From a virus: a stretch of 64,000 nucleotides of DNA. Under the pieces are notes generated by a model. The model searched no databases. It was not told the DNA's origin and saw only the letters and a list, made by a program, of their open reading frames with translations. The DNA lies in IMG/VR virus record IMGVR_UViG_3300046522_000512, positions 1-64,000 of that record; one strand, 5' to 3'. Of this stretch, positions 1-9,845 are shown one piece after another; the stretch's first letter is position 1; each line of letters starts with the position of its first letter. A program made the position numbers and the translations under genes.

Positions 1-600
1 GCGACCTTCGCCGCGGTGACGGCCTGGTCGGCGAGCGCGAGCTCGGTGACCGCGCCGTTGGCGAGCTTCGCCTGAGTCACCGCATTCGCGGCGAGCTTCG
101 CGTTGAGGACTGCGCCGTCGGCGAGCCGGGTCGAGTCGATCGCGGCCGCCGCCACCTTGGCGGTGGTGACGGCCTGGTCGCCGATCTTCTGCGCCGTCAC
201 GGCGAGGTCGGCCAGCTTGGTCGAGTCGATCGCGGCGGCCGCGACCTTCGCCGCGGTGACGGCCTGGTCGGCGAGCGCGAGCTCGGTGACCGCGCCGTTG
301 GCGAGCTTCGCCTGAGTCACCGCATTCGCGGCGAGCTTCGCGTTGAGGACCGCGCCGTCCGCGAGCCGGGTCGAGTCGATCGCGCCCGTGGCCACCTTGG
401 CGGTGGTGACCGCGGCGTCGCCGATCTTCTGCGCGGTGACCGCGAGGTCGGCGAGCCGGGTCGAGTCGATGGCGGCCGCCGCGACCTTCGCCGCGGTGAC
501 CGCCGAGTCCGCGAGCGCGAGCTCCGTCACCGCGCCGGCGGCCAGCTTGGACTGAGTCACCGCATTCGCGGCGAGCTTCGCGTTGAGGACCGCGCCGTCC
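1..600. repeat. 240-bp tandem coding repeat (~2.5 copies visible; 80 aa = 8 x 10 aa)
   Basis: 1-109 matches 241-349. The unit recurs from 481 with more substitutions. Confidence 0.95.
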
Positions 601-1337
601 GCGAGAGCCCATGACTCCACCGCGCCCGCGGCGAGCTTCGCCGCGGTGACAGCATCGTCCGCGAGCAGCAGATCGTTGATGGCGCCCAGCGCCACCTTCT
701 CGCTGGTGACAGCCGCCGCGGCCAACTTCGCCGCTGTGACCGCCTCCGCGGCCAACTTGACGTCGGTGACAATCCCGTCGATCAAGTCCTGTGACACGGC
801 CTGCCGCGGCGTGCCCTGCACCGCCACGGACGCACCACCAGTCAGCAGCGCCGTGTTCTGCGCGACCAGGCGCACCCACACCGGGTCGTAGCCCTCGATG
901 TGGACGGTGGCCGTGCCGCCGAGCAGCGCCGTGATCGTGGCTATCTGCGTGGTCAGGGACGGGGTGAAGTCCTCGGCCGTGCCGACGTGGACCTGGACGA
1001 GGGAGAAGTCGGCGGGGGCCGCGTCGGCGTCCGCCCATTGGCCGTCCCAGTCGATGACCAGACCGGCCAGCGCCTCCGTGACGGTCGGGGCGGACGGTGT
1101 GGGCGGCGGCTCGGTGTTGACCGGGTCGGGGACCAGGGCGATGGTGCCGTCGGACTGCACGCCGACGGAGCCCTTGAGCGTCCCTTCCTCGTCGTAGATG
1201 TCGAGGCTGCCGCCCTCGATCGACGCATAGTTCAGTTGGTTGGTGCGCTCCAGCGCTGCCAGCCGGTCTTCGAGCGCCTTGAAGTAGCCGGCGAACTGCT
1301 TCGCCTTCTCGCGCTCGTCCAAGCGGAAGGACGACAC
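1..1337 (-). CDS. Phage tail fibre/minor tail protein with AVTxAKLAxx decapeptide repeats (3' end runs off window)
   Basis: Absent from the ORF track because there is no stop in the window. GTG at 1337 follows a GGGAGGGAGG RBS and translates MSSFRLDEREKAKQFAGYFKALEDRLAALER...PPPTPSAPTV...WDGQW...HVG, then repeats such as AVTAAKVAAA/AIDSTRLADG. Lies downstream of minor tail genes. Confidence 0.85.
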   Translation of the reverse strand, partial: MSSFRLDEREKAKQFAGYFKALEDRLAALERTNQLNYASIEGGSLDIYDEEGTLKGSVGVQSDGTIALVPDPVNTEPPPTPSAPTVTEALAGLVIDWDGQWADADAAPADFSLVQVHVGTAEDFTPSLTTQIATITALLGGTATVHIEGYDPVWVRLVAQNTALLTGGASVAVQGTPRQAVSQDLIDGIVTDVKLAAEAVTAAKLAAAAVTSEKVALGAINDLLLADDAVTAAKLAAGAVESWALADGAVLNAKLAANAVTQSKLAAGAVTELALADSAVTAAKVAAAAIDSTRLADLAVTAQKIGDAAVTTAKVATGAIDSTRLADGAVLNAKLAANAVTQAKLANGAVTELALADQAVTAAKVAAAAIDSTKLADLAVTAQKIGDQAVTTAKVAAAAIDSTRLADGAVLNAKLAANAVTQAKLANGAVTELALADQAVTAAKV

Positions 1338-1392
1338 CCGTCCCTCCCTCCCGTGTCCCACAGGCCGCCGGGATGTCCGGGGGCAGAGCGGG

Positions 1393-1420
1393 AGAGTGGG
1401 AGGAAGGAGGGGTTAGCGTC
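1393..1420 (-). promoter_or_regulatory. Putative phage late promoter (copy 1)
   Basis: GACGCTAAC-N13-CACTCT upstream of the fibre gene. Confidence 0.7.
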
Positions 1421-1429
1421 TCGGGCAGG

Positions 1430-2635
1430 TCAGCCGTAGAAGTCGGAGCGCGTCAGGTTCAGCACTGCGGTGCCGGCTGCGGGGTCGATCTCCTCGGACA
1501 CGATGCGGTGCCAGATCGCCAGCTCGCCCACCCACGGAATCTCGACCTGGACGAGGATGCGGTCGCCGAGTGCCCACGAGCCCAGAGGGGCGTTGGGGTG
1601 GTGGCGTATCGCGATGCTGGGAATGGTGAGCTGCTCGCTGTGCTTGGCCCGTTCCTTCTTGCCGTACTCGGTGAGGGCCTTGGCGTTCGCGGTGCTCTTG
1701 TAGCTGACGAGCTTGGCCCGCCGGACCCGCTTGTCGTTCACGACGACGCGAGCCCGAGCAGTCTTCGCGCCCGACCCCTTGCCCAGCACGTAGATGTTGT
1801 TGGCGAAGAGGTCGCCTTGGCCGGTGGGGGTCGCGATCTCGATGATGTTCTCGCCCTGACTGAACCGGAGATCACTGCGGGACTTGCCGAGCCGTCGGCG
1901 GCCCAGGGCGACGTGGTGGAGGATCTTCTCCTTGGAGCCGTCCCAGTAGTGGCGTTCGAGGTAGTCCGCATGGGCGAGGCTCATGACATCGCCGATGACC
2001 TGACCGCAGTCGGGGTTCTCCCACCACTGGAGCTCCCACGGGTCCTCGCCGGAGGCAGCGCCGAGCTTGTAGCCCGAGTCGTGTCCGTCGATGGTGATGC
2101 CGAGCTTGCCCGCGTCGTAGCTCTGTAGGTGGGCCCAGATGTGCCGATACACATCGAACACGTCCCACCGGCTGGAGATCGGGTCCTTCGGGCGCTTCGG
2201 CATCTTCTTCTTCGGATGCGTGTGGTCTATGTAGCCGTCGTGATTTTTGTCTTTACCCTCGTACGCCCATTTTTTGGGGATCTTGGCGCCTGAGCGGATC
2301 GTGTCCCCGAGGTAGGGCATGCCGTTCGGGTAAGCCGTGTAGCCCGCGCACGTGACCTTCATGGCCTGGCCCTCGAAGCCCAGGTTTGTGACGATGCCGC
2401 CCCACCGGATCCGGCCCTCGAACTCGGCGAACAGAGACGTGGCCCACTCGGCGATGACGGGCAGACCGTCAGGCTTGGCCATGAGCCGCAGGTACTCCGG
2501 GTGAATGCTGCCCTGCATCTGCCCTGGCCCGTTTAGCTCTCGTTTAGGCGGCCCGTCCGCCTCGAACGGAACATCCCAGTCGAGGAAGTCACCGGACACC
2601 GTCCGCATCGCGATGTACCGCCAGCCGTTGGCCAT
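1430..2635 (-). CDS. Siphovirus minor tail protein (Gp37-like/baseplate hub type)
   Basis: 401 aa. RELNGPG and IRWGGIV motifs and C-terminal LGDRI..WHRIV are typical of actinophage minor tail proteins. Position after Dit. Confidence 0.8.
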   Translation of the reverse strand: MANGWRYIAMRTVSGDFLDWDVPFEADGPPKRELNGPGQMQGSIHPEYLRLMAKPDGLPVIAEWATSLFAEFEGRIRWGGIVTNLGFEGQAMKVTCAGYTAYPNGMPYLGDTIRSGAKIPKKWAYEGKDKNHDGYIDHTHPKKKMPKRPKDPISSRWDVFDVYRHIWAHLQSYDAGKLGITIDGHDSGYKLGAASGEDPWELQWWENPDCGQVIGDVMSLAHADYLERHYWDGSKEKILHHVALGRRRLGKSRSDLRFSQGENIIEIATPTGQGDLFANNIYVLGKGSGAKTARARVVVNDKRVRRAKLVSYKSTANAKALTEYGKKERAKHSEQLTIPSIAIRHHPNAPLGSWALGDRILVQVEIPWVGELAIWHRIVSEEIDPAAGTAVLNLTRSDFYG

Positions 2636-3600
2636 CAGGCGCTCACCGGCTCCTGCGAGTAGGTCACCTCAAGAGAGAGAACGGTGCTCGCGTCCGCGCG
2701 CAGCACCCCCGTGACGCCCACTGTGCCGATGCCTTCCACATCGATGTCGAGCACCTGCCCGCGGTTCTCGGGCGCGAGGAGGAACTTGTGCCCGGCCTGC
2801 ACGGCGAGTCGGCTCGCCTGCGTCGCCCCGTACGGCATGCCCACTCCGTGCTGCTCGCCGAGCGACACCCGCACCTGACCGCCGGCCTCCGTGGCATCGG
2901 GGTGCAGCACGCCCGTGACGAGGACGTGCACGGCCGCATGCGTCGCCCACTCCGGGGTCTTCTCCGACCAGGTGGCGCCCAGTGGCCAGACCTCCCACTC
3001 GTCCGTGACCGGGCCGACGTCGTCCGGCGTCGACCAGGCGCCCGGCAGGTAGCGGCGGGAGGTCTGGGAACGCGGCCGCACCATCTGCCGCAGATCCTTG
3101 ACCATGGCGGCGGTGATGACAGTCGTCGATGCAGGCATGTCGATCCGGGCCAGCGTGACCGCGGTCGAGTCCGGATCGATGTCAAGGATGCTCGTGGTAC
3201 CCGGAGGTACGTCGGGGATGACCCGGGTCCACACGTACGGCCCGACCTCCGGATCCTCCGGCGTGGGCCACGTCTCCCCGCCGAACGGATCCTCGACCCT
3301 GGCAATGATCAGGTCCGACCGGCCGCCGTCGGACGACGTCGGTTCGATGTCGACCTGCTCCGTCGTGGCCATCCGCGCCGCGTAGCTCTGATTGCCGCCA
3401 CCCACGACAACCCGCCGCTTCGCCACCATCGCTCCGGGGCCAACCTGAACCGCCGAGCCTGGAGCCTCCAGAGCGGTCACCAGGAGGTCGGCCGGACCGA
3501 CGATGCCCTCCCCGCCGCACGCGGCCGCTTCAACGATCAGGCGCATCGTCTCCTCGGACGCTGCCGTGCCTTCTACAAACCAGGGGATGCCGTCCCACAT
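2635..3600 (-). CDS. Minor tail protein
   Basis: 321 aa. RSDLIIARVEDP and VTLARIDMPASTTVITAAMVKDLR resemble actinophage tail proteins. Stop/start overlap with the downstream gene. Confidence 0.75.
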   Translation of the reverse strand: MWDGIPWFVEGTAASEETMRLIVEAAACGGEGIVGPADLLVTALEAPGSAVQVGPGAMVAKRRVVVGGGNQSYAARMATTEQVDIEPTSSDGGRSDLIIARVEDPFGGETWPTPEDPEVGPYVWTRVIPDVPPGTTSILDIDPDSTAVTLARIDMPASTTVITAAMVKDLRQMVRPRSQTSRRYLPGAWSTPDDVGPVTDEWEVWPLGATWSEKTPEWATHAAVHVLVTGVLHPDATEAGGQVRVSLGEQHGVGMPYGATQASRLAVQAGHKFLLAPENRGQVLDIDVEGIGTVGVTGVLRADASTVLSLEVTYSQEPVSA

Positions 3601-3629
3601 GCCGTCTCCTTCTCCGTACCGGAGAGGAG

Positions 3630-3657
3630 AGAGTGGGTGGCCGCAGCGCCTACTGTC
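3630..3657 (-). promoter_or_regulatory. Putative late promoter (copy 2)
   Basis: GACAGTAGG-N13-CACTCT. Confidence 0.65.
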
Positions 3658-3663
3658 GCCCGC

Positions 3664-4710
3664 TCACCACCAGCCGTACGCATCCCGCCAGGCCATGCGT
3701 ATCAGCGGCCCCGTTGGAAGGTGGGCCGCCGACTTCGTGTACGACAGCGACATCGTCCAGTACCCGGGCGGAATGAACATCTGCGCCAGTCGCGGACTCG
3801 CCCGCGTCAACTTGTCGGCCACCGAGCCCTTCGACGTCGCTCCGTCGTAGTGGGTGACCGTACGCACCCACGGGCGAGCATCGATCGTGACGTGGTCCCC
3901 GGCGTCGATCGTCATGGACAGCTGCACAGCCCACTGGTCTGACAACGAGAGCTTCGGGTTCTTGCACGGCCCGTGGATCTCCACGTACGGGTAGGTGTTC
4001 AGGGTGCCGGCCTGCTGGACCGCCGCCGTCTTCTTGGACTGGAAAAGCCAACTGCCGCTCGACCCCCGGCCCGGCCGCGGCGGCAACCCCCCAAGGATCC
4101 GGTGGTCGTAGACCGTGGCCTCCTTCTCCGTCGCGTCGTAAAACCGGTCGTCGACGGCCTCGAACTGGGCGACGACCGGCGTGTACCCCTGCCGGGACAG
4201 ACGTGAATGCGAGACCGCGAACTTCCGCGGCCGCCCATAAAACTGCCGGGTTCGGCCTGCAGTCGTGTGCATCAGCCAGCCGACTCGGCCCGCCCCCGCG
4301 CGGATCGAGTCGGCCCGCCACACCTGTCGCAGCATGTTCAGCCCGTCGAGCCCCCACAGGTGCACGCCCTGGTCCTTCTTGAAGGTGCGGGCAGCCACTT
4401 CCTCCACGGCTGTCCAGTCGCCCACCCGGTCGCCGTTCGTCCAGGGGCGTCTGGGCCAGTGCAGATCGATCGGTCCCCTACTGCCGTCGACTCCGAGCTC
4501 GAACGTGACGGTCGCGTTCCGCTGGTAGTCGCGGCCCATACGGACACCGTCCTCGCCCGGCAGCGACGCGTCGGCCAAATCCATGTCGGCGAAGGCGATG
4601 TCCGGCTCGCTCAGGCAGTAGATGCCCGAGGACTCCCGGCCGAACGTCAGCGATGCGCCCGGGTAGGCGTTGTAGGAGGAGTAGCCCAGGAGCCATTCGC
4701 CGTCTCTCAC
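3664..4710 (-). CDS. Distal tail protein (Dit)-like
   Basis: Start taken at GTG 4710, a GTGA overlap with the tape measure stop. Immediately follows the TMP. Motifs DGVRMGRDY, YGRPR, YPYVEIHGPCKNP and terminal WRDAYGWW. Confidence 0.75.
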   Translation of the reverse strand: MRDGEWLLGYSSYNAYPGASLTFGRESSGIYCLSEPDIAFADMDLADASLPGEDGVRMGRDYQRNATVTFELGVDGSRGPIDLHWPRRPWTNGDRVGDWTAVEEVAARTFKKDQGVHLWGLDGLNMLRQVWRADSIRAGAGRVGWLMHTTAGRTRQFYGRPRKFAVSHSRLSRQGYTPVVAQFEAVDDRFYDATEKEATVYDHRILGGLPPRPGRGSSGSWLFQSKKTAAVQQAGTLNTYPYVEIHGPCKNPKLSLSDQWAVQLSMTIDAGDHVTIDARPWVRTVTHYDGATSKGSVADKLTRASPRLAQMFIPPGYWTMSLSYTKSAAHLPTGPLIRMAWRDAYGWW

Positions 4711-7700
4711 GGGGTGCCTCCCAGACGGATCCGGCGAAGCTCGAACATGGCGTCCTCCAATGCGGTGCCGGTGCTTGCGACGGCACCGATGTTCAGGTTG
4801 AGGTCGCCGCCGACGAGGGCGCCGGCGCCCTGCGGGGCGGACGAGCGCGGTGCGGTGACGGTGCGGGTGGACGAGGAACGGGCCAGGGAGACGGCTCCGT
4901 TGGCGAAGGCGCGCGGTCCGCCCTGGCCGGGGTAAACGACCATGCCGCCGAACATCTGGGCCACCTGGTCGAGGATCGCCTTGCTGCGCTTCCGCTTGGA
5001 TTTGGCCAAAGGGAGGTAAGCCTCGCCCTGAGTCTCGTCCTCCGCCCATATGCGCCATTCGCCGCCCTTTGCGATTTGGGCGATGTGGTTCTCGGCGCCG
5101 TTGGCGAAGGCGCGGACACGGGCGCCGATGGCGTTGATGCCGCCCTCGGCGTAGCGCAGGATGCCGCCGTTGGCGTGCCGTGAGACGACCGACGGCTTGC
5201 CCGACTCGCTGTACTGGACGGTGACGTGCACCGTCTTGCCGGTGAGGCTGTTGATCTTCCCCTGGATCGCCTGCACCTGCTGGATCGGCGTCTTGTTCGG
5301 CGCGGTGATCTTCACCGTCTTGCCGTGTGACCCGTCCACCGTCTTGATCTTGTAGCCGAGATCCTTCAGCGCGGACAGTGCCGTCTTGGTGGGCGTCTTG
5401 ACCTCGATCGACTTGCCCTTGGGCAGGCCCGACACCTTCTGTTGCACAGACTTCAGGTCGCCGGCGGCCTGCTTGATGATCGCCTGGACGGTGACCTTCT
5501 TCTTGTCCGGCGCGGCCGCGATGTCGTCGGCCAGGGCCGCGATGTCGATGCGGGCCTTGCCGCTCGGGGCGGTGACGACGACGTTCTTCGAGCCGGGGAT
5601 GCGCTGGAAGCTGTAGCCGAGGAGCTCAAGCTGAGTGCGCGCCTCGATCGTGGGCGACTTGATCTGAATGCCCTTGCCCGGCGGGATGCTCGCCAGCTGC
5701 GTACGCAGCCCCAAGATTTCCGCGGTGGCCTTCGGCATTCCCTCCGTGGTGATCAGCGTGGTGATCTGATCCGGGATGAACCCCATCTGATCCGCCAGCG
5801 CCTTCGCCGCGGGCGCCGGGATACCCAGCGCCTCGGCGAGCGCGATCGCCTTCGTGCGGGCGGATTCCGCGGCGTCCCGGCTGGTGTTCATCGCCTCCGA
5901 CAGAGGGATGAGGTTGTTGTCGGCGGCCTCGCGCGCGCTCGTGGAGACCTGGAGCATGCCGTCCCGCAGCTCCTCCAACTTCTGGTTCAGATCCTGGCCG
6001 TTCTTCGTGGACGTGTTGACCAGCTTGTCCGTGCCGACCAGGGACTTGCCCCAGCCATCGGAGTGCTCGATGTTGTCCTTCATCGTGTCGTCGATCTGGA
6101 GCATCGTCTGGTTCAGCCGCGCGGTGGCGTCGTGGATCGACATGGTGTTGCCCTTGAGGGAGTCAAGGGCCGACCTGAGCGCCTGGACCCGCTCGTCGGA
6201 GGTCTTCGTCTTGTCGTTGAAGTCCGCGATGGCGCCACCGAGCCGGGTGTAGGAGTCGACGCCGGTGACGCCGCTGTCCTTCATGGCGTCCGCGGCTTCC
6301 TTGCTGTCCCGCTTGGACTTGGCCAACTCACCGTTCACGGAGCCGAGCGCGTCGGCCGCCGCCTTGTACTTCAAGCCGATCTCGTCTGGCACAAGGACGG
6401 AGGCCTTGTCGCCCGCGATGTTCTTGTACTCCATGTGGTCGTTCATCAAGCCGAGCATCTTCTTGCGCAGGTCACCGATAGAGCCGCCCTGCTCCAAGTA
6501 GGCGTCGGTGAGATCCTTCAGCGACACGCCCGCATTGCGCATGGTGTCGACCAGCCGCCCCTTGCCGTCGGCAAGCTGCGTGTCCTGGAGGAGCTGCACG
6601 GCCTGCGCGCGCACGTTCGCGTCGATGACGCCCTTGGAGTCAGCGAGGGCCTTCGCCAGGGACTGGACGCGCTCCTTGTGGGCGGCGGCCGCCCGGGCGT
6701 TCTGCTCCTGCTTCGCGGCGAGGAGACCGAGCCCGATCGTGGCGCCCGCGATCGCGATACCGAGGGGGCCGCCGAGGGCGCCCACAAGGCCAGTACCGAC
6801 GGTGCGGACAAGGCCCCCTGCCGCGGTCGCGGATGTCCGGGCTGCTGCCCTGATCCCGCCCAAGGAGCTGCTCAGCCGGCCGCCCTCCGTGGAGGCTCCA
6901 CGGTAGGCGAGCTGCATGCGCTGCCATGTGCTGATCTGGGGGCCGATGGCGCCAGGCCCCAGACCGTTTGCCGCGCTCCTCAGACCCGTCATGGACAAGC
7001 CGAGGCGCTGCACGATGCTGACGACACCGCCCACAACCTTCAGGGCGAGCATGGTGCCGAGGAACGTCGCCAGGACCGTGTTCGCCCCGGGGATGACGCG
7101 CATGAGCGTGTTGAAGACGCCCAGGAGACCGCTGAACGCCTGCATCAGCACGCCGAGCCCGCTGCCTGCCGCGGACAGGTGCCCGACGGCGGTCGCCAGG
7201 TTGGAGATCAGGCTGATCAGGCCAGGGCCGATGCTGTGGCCGAGGGAGCTGAAGAACGTGCCCAGGGCGGGCCCGAGCTGGGTGCGGATCTGCCGGATCA
7301 GGTCCCTGACCCCGGTGTCCCGAGCAGCCCGGCCGAAGCTGCGGAAGAAGTCGCCGACGAGCATGTTCAGCTCGTGGAACGTGCCCGCAGAGTCCTCGTA
7401 GAACTGTTTCATGGCGGCCTGGCCCGGCTTGCTGTGCGCCCACCGGTCGAAGCGCGTCATCGTGCCCTCAAGGCCGTCGAGGAGGGTGTTGCCGACGTCC
7501 ATGCCGGCCTTGCTCATCCCGCCGAAGCCCTTGATCATGTGCAGCGTCGTGCGGCCCAGCTGGTCCGCCTTCTGCCTGGCGTGGTCGAGGAACTTCGCCA
7601 GCGAACCCGTCTCGCGGCCCGCTTGCACGGAGGCCCGCACCCACTGCGTCAGCCTCTCGGCGCCCGCGCCGACCTGTTCCACGAACGGGCCGGAGGCGAC

Positions 7701-9845
7701 CAGGAAGTCGAGGGAGGCGTGACCCAGGTTCGCGAGCCCGTCGGTCAGGTGGCCGATGACGGTGTTGCTGGTGCCCGCGATCGTCTTGAAGTCCCGGCGG
7801 AACACGCCGGTCTGCATGAACTCCGCACCGCGGTGGGCGAGCTCGCCCATCTGCCCGGCCGCGTCACCGAGGGTGCTTTGCAGGAGCGGCATGACGGAGC
7901 GTGCCAGGGGCTTGATGTCGTTGGCGACCTTGGAGAAGAACCGCTCGGAGACGGCCATCTTGACCTTGTCCCAAGCCACTTGCAGCTGGGAGACCGCTGT
8001 GACCGCCTTGCGCGCCGACGGGCTGAGCTGGTCCATCGCCTGCTTGAGCTTCGCCTGTTGCGCTGCGGTGACCTTGCCACCGGCGGCCGTCTGCTGCTGG
8101 AGCTGCAACGACTCCTTGAGGGCCTTACCGAACCCGGAGAAGGCGACCTTCGTGCCGATGAACGCGGTACCGATGGCGGCGACCAGGCCGGGGATCGCGC
8201 CGAGGACACCCACGGCCGGCGCGGCGGCGGACACGAGCGCGTACAGCCCTTCCACGTACGCGCTGAGTGCCGCAACCGCAGGCTGGCCGAGCGCGAGGAT
8301 CGTCCCGAACAACGCCGCCCGCCAACGGCGGCGGCCGCCGCGGTTCATGTCCGGGCTCACCGGCACGTTGAGCGAGAGGCTGTCGGCGAGGGCTTGCCCG
8401 GCACGGAGCACGCCGCGCAGGCTGCGGGTGAAGAAGTTGCCGCCCTCCGCGCTGACACGGGCACGTATGAGGGAGGTCGCGGCGCGGCCGGCGCGCTGAG
8501 CGATGGTGGCCACGCCCCGCGTCAGGTCTCGGACGGCCCGGGCGGCGGGCGTGACGGCGACTCGGACGGCGTTGCGGGTGTCGCGGGCTGCGGTCGAGGT
8601 GATGCGGCGCAGGTCCCGGGCCAGGCCCGTGACGGCGGTCCGGGCAGGCTCGGTGAGTACGCGCACCCGGGCGGCAACGGCGCTGCTGTACGGGCGGATG
8701 GCCGTGCCGATGCTGCGGCCGAAGTCGGTGATGGCCCGGCGGGAGGAGTCCGCGGCCATGCGCACGCCGACCACGAACTGAGTGCGGTAGCGGGTCGCCA
8801 TCTGCCGTACGGACGTGGCGAAGTCGCGGGCCGCCTGGCGGGACACGTCCGCGCCGACCCGGAGCCGGACACGGAAGTCGCGCAGTGGCCCGAAGATCAG
8901 GCTTTCCAGCCAGCCGGAGCCGCCGAGGCGGCCGCCGAACGCGAGGCGTAGCGCGTCGGCTGCCTCCTCGCCGAGGCGGCGCATGTTCCGGCCGATAGCC
9001 CGGAAATCGGTGCTCCGTACGCGCAGCCCGGCGATCCTGACCCGCAGGGACAGATCGCGGCCGTACGTCGTCAGGAAGTGGCGGGCCTCCCCGGCAAAGG
9101 CGCGTATCGCGTCGCCGGTGGTCGCCACACCGAGCCTCACCTTGGCGCCGAGGCTGCGCACCAGGCCCGCGTTCTTGCCGAGCATGGTGAAGAACGCGCG
9201 GCTGAATGCCCGCCCGGTGTCCCGGCCGGCGGTGACCGCGATGCGGCCCATGTCCCGGACGAACGTGCGCAGCACGCCCCGGGTCGGGGCGAGCGCCGAC
9301 CGCGTGACCATCCGTAGCTGCCGTAGCGCCACGGTGGCGATCCGGGAGAGGGACCCGCCGAGCTGACGCTCTGAGTCGCGGTCCGGTGCGACCCGTACCC
9401 GGACCGTGGAGGCCGCCGGGTCCCGGGCGACCCGGGTGAGCAGACCGCGCAGCGAACCGCGGAGTCTGCCCACCAGACGGCCAAGGCCGCCACCGCCACC
9501 GCCACCACCGTTTCGGGTGCTGCCGTTCTCGTCGTCGCCCAGGCGCACGGGCAGGTTGACCGCCGCGCCCTGCGCGGCGTTGTCGGCCACGGTGGACACC
9601 TCGCGGCGGAGCCGGTTGGTGTCCTCCTCGACCTTGACCTTGACCTTCGCGTAGACGCCCTTGGACGCCTCCTCGACAGCCCGCTTCAACTGCTTGCGCA
9701 GTCCCTTGCTGTCGACCTTGACGGCGATCTTGGCGGCCACGCCCTCGGCGGCCGCCTCCACCTTCGTGCGCAGCTCCCGGGCGAACCCTTCGAGGGAGGC
9801 GACAACGGTGACTTCAAGGCGTCCTGCCTGCATGCCCTCAGCCAC
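4707..9845 (-). CDS. Tail tape measure protein
   Basis: 1712 aa, Ala/Gly/Leu-rich and helical. N-terminal AGRLEVTVVASLEGF and C-terminal ANGG...WAEDETQGEAYLPL. Follows the tail chaperones. Confidence 0.92.
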   Translation of the reverse strand: MAEGMQAGRLEVTVVASLEGFARELRTKVEAAAEGVAAKIAVKVDSKGLRKQLKRAVEEASKGVYAKVKVKVEEDTNRLRREVSTVADNAAQGAAVNLPVRLGDDENGSTRNGGGGGGGGLGRLVGRLRGSLRGLLTRVARDPAASTVRVRVAPDRDSERQLGGSLSRIATVALRQLRMVTRSALAPTRGVLRTFVRDMGRIAVTAGRDTGRAFSRAFFTMLGKNAGLVRSLGAKVRLGVATTGDAIRAFAGEARHFLTTYGRDLSLRVRIAGLRVRSTDFRAIGRNMRRLGEEAADALRLAFGGRLGGSGWLESLIFGPLRDFRVRLRVGADVSRQAARDFATSVRQMATRYRTQFVVGVRMAADSSRRAITDFGRSIGTAIRPYSSAVAARVRVLTEPARTAVTGLARDLRRITSTAARDTRNAVRVAVTPAARAVRDLTRGVATIAQRAGRAATSLIRARVSAEGGNFFTRSLRGVLRAGQALADSLSLNVPVSPDMNRGGRRRWRAALFGTILALGQPAVAALSAYVEGLYALVSAAAPAVGVLGAIPGLVAAIGTAFIGTKVAFSGFGKALKESLQLQQQTAAGGKVTAAQQAKLKQAMDQLSPSARKAVTAVSQLQVAWDKVKMAVSERFFSKVANDIKPLARSVMPLLQSTLGDAAGQMGELAHRGAEFMQTGVFRRDFKTIAGTSNTVIGHLTDGLANLGHASLDFLVASGPFVEQVGAGAERLTQWVRASVQAGRETGSLAKFLDHARQKADQLGRTTLHMIKGFGGMSKAGMDVGNTLLDGLEGTMTRFDRWAHSKPGQAAMKQFYEDSAGTFHELNMLVGDFFRSFGRAARDTGVRDLIRQIRTQLGPALGTFFSSLGHSIGPGLISLISNLATAVGHLSAAGSGLGVLMQAFSGLLGVFNTLMRVIPGANTVLATFLGTMLALKVVGGVVSIVQRLGLSMTGLRSAANGLGPGAIGPQISTWQRMQLAYRGASTEGGRLSSSLGGIRAAARTSATAAGGLVRTVGTGLVGALGGPLGIAIAGATIGLGLLAAKQEQNARAAAAHKERVQSLAKALADSKGVIDANVRAQAVQLLQDTQLADGKGRLVDTMRNAGVSLKDLTDAYLEQGGSIGDLRKKMLGLMNDHMEYKNIAGDKASVLVPDEIGLKYKAAADALGSVNGELAKSKRDSKEAADAMKDSGVTGVDSYTRLGGAIADFNDKTKTSDERVQALRSALDSLKGNTMSIHDATARLNQTMLQIDDTMKDNIEHSDGWGKSLVGTDKLVNTSTKNGQDLNQKLEELRDGMLQVSTSAREAADNNLIPLSEAMNTSRDAAESARTKAIALAEALGIPAPAAKALADQMGFIPDQITTLITTEGMPKATAEILGLRTQLASIPPGKGIQIKSPTIEARTQLELLGYSFQRIPGSKNVVVTAPSGKARIDIAALADDIAAAPDKKKVTVQAIIKQAAGDLKSVQQKVSGLPKGKSIEVKTPTKTALSALKDLGYKIKTVDGSHGKTVKITAPNKTPIQQVQAIQGKINSLTGKTVHVTVQYSESGKPSVVSRHANGGILRYAEGGINAIGARVRAFANGAENHIAQIAKGGEWRIWAEDETQGEAYLPLAKSKRKRSKAILDQVAQMFGGMVVYPGQGGPRAFANGAVSLARSSSTRTVTAPRSSAPQGAGALVGGDLNLNIGAVASTGTALEDAMFELRRIRLGGTP

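Noticed and set aside
1-780. Diversity-generating retroelement target in the fibre repeats
   Set aside because: No reverse transcriptase seen, and differences between copies are not adenine-specific.
103-891. Three repeated plus-strand ORFs (MRTAPSA...)
   Set aside because: Antisense reads of the tail fibre repeat on the minus strand.
4711-5058. N-terminal extensions in the ORF track (Dit to 5058; also 10787, 10824, 15179, 50381, 51754)
   Set aside because: They overlap upstream genes or the par palindromes. Coupled starts or RBS positions support the shorter starts used here.
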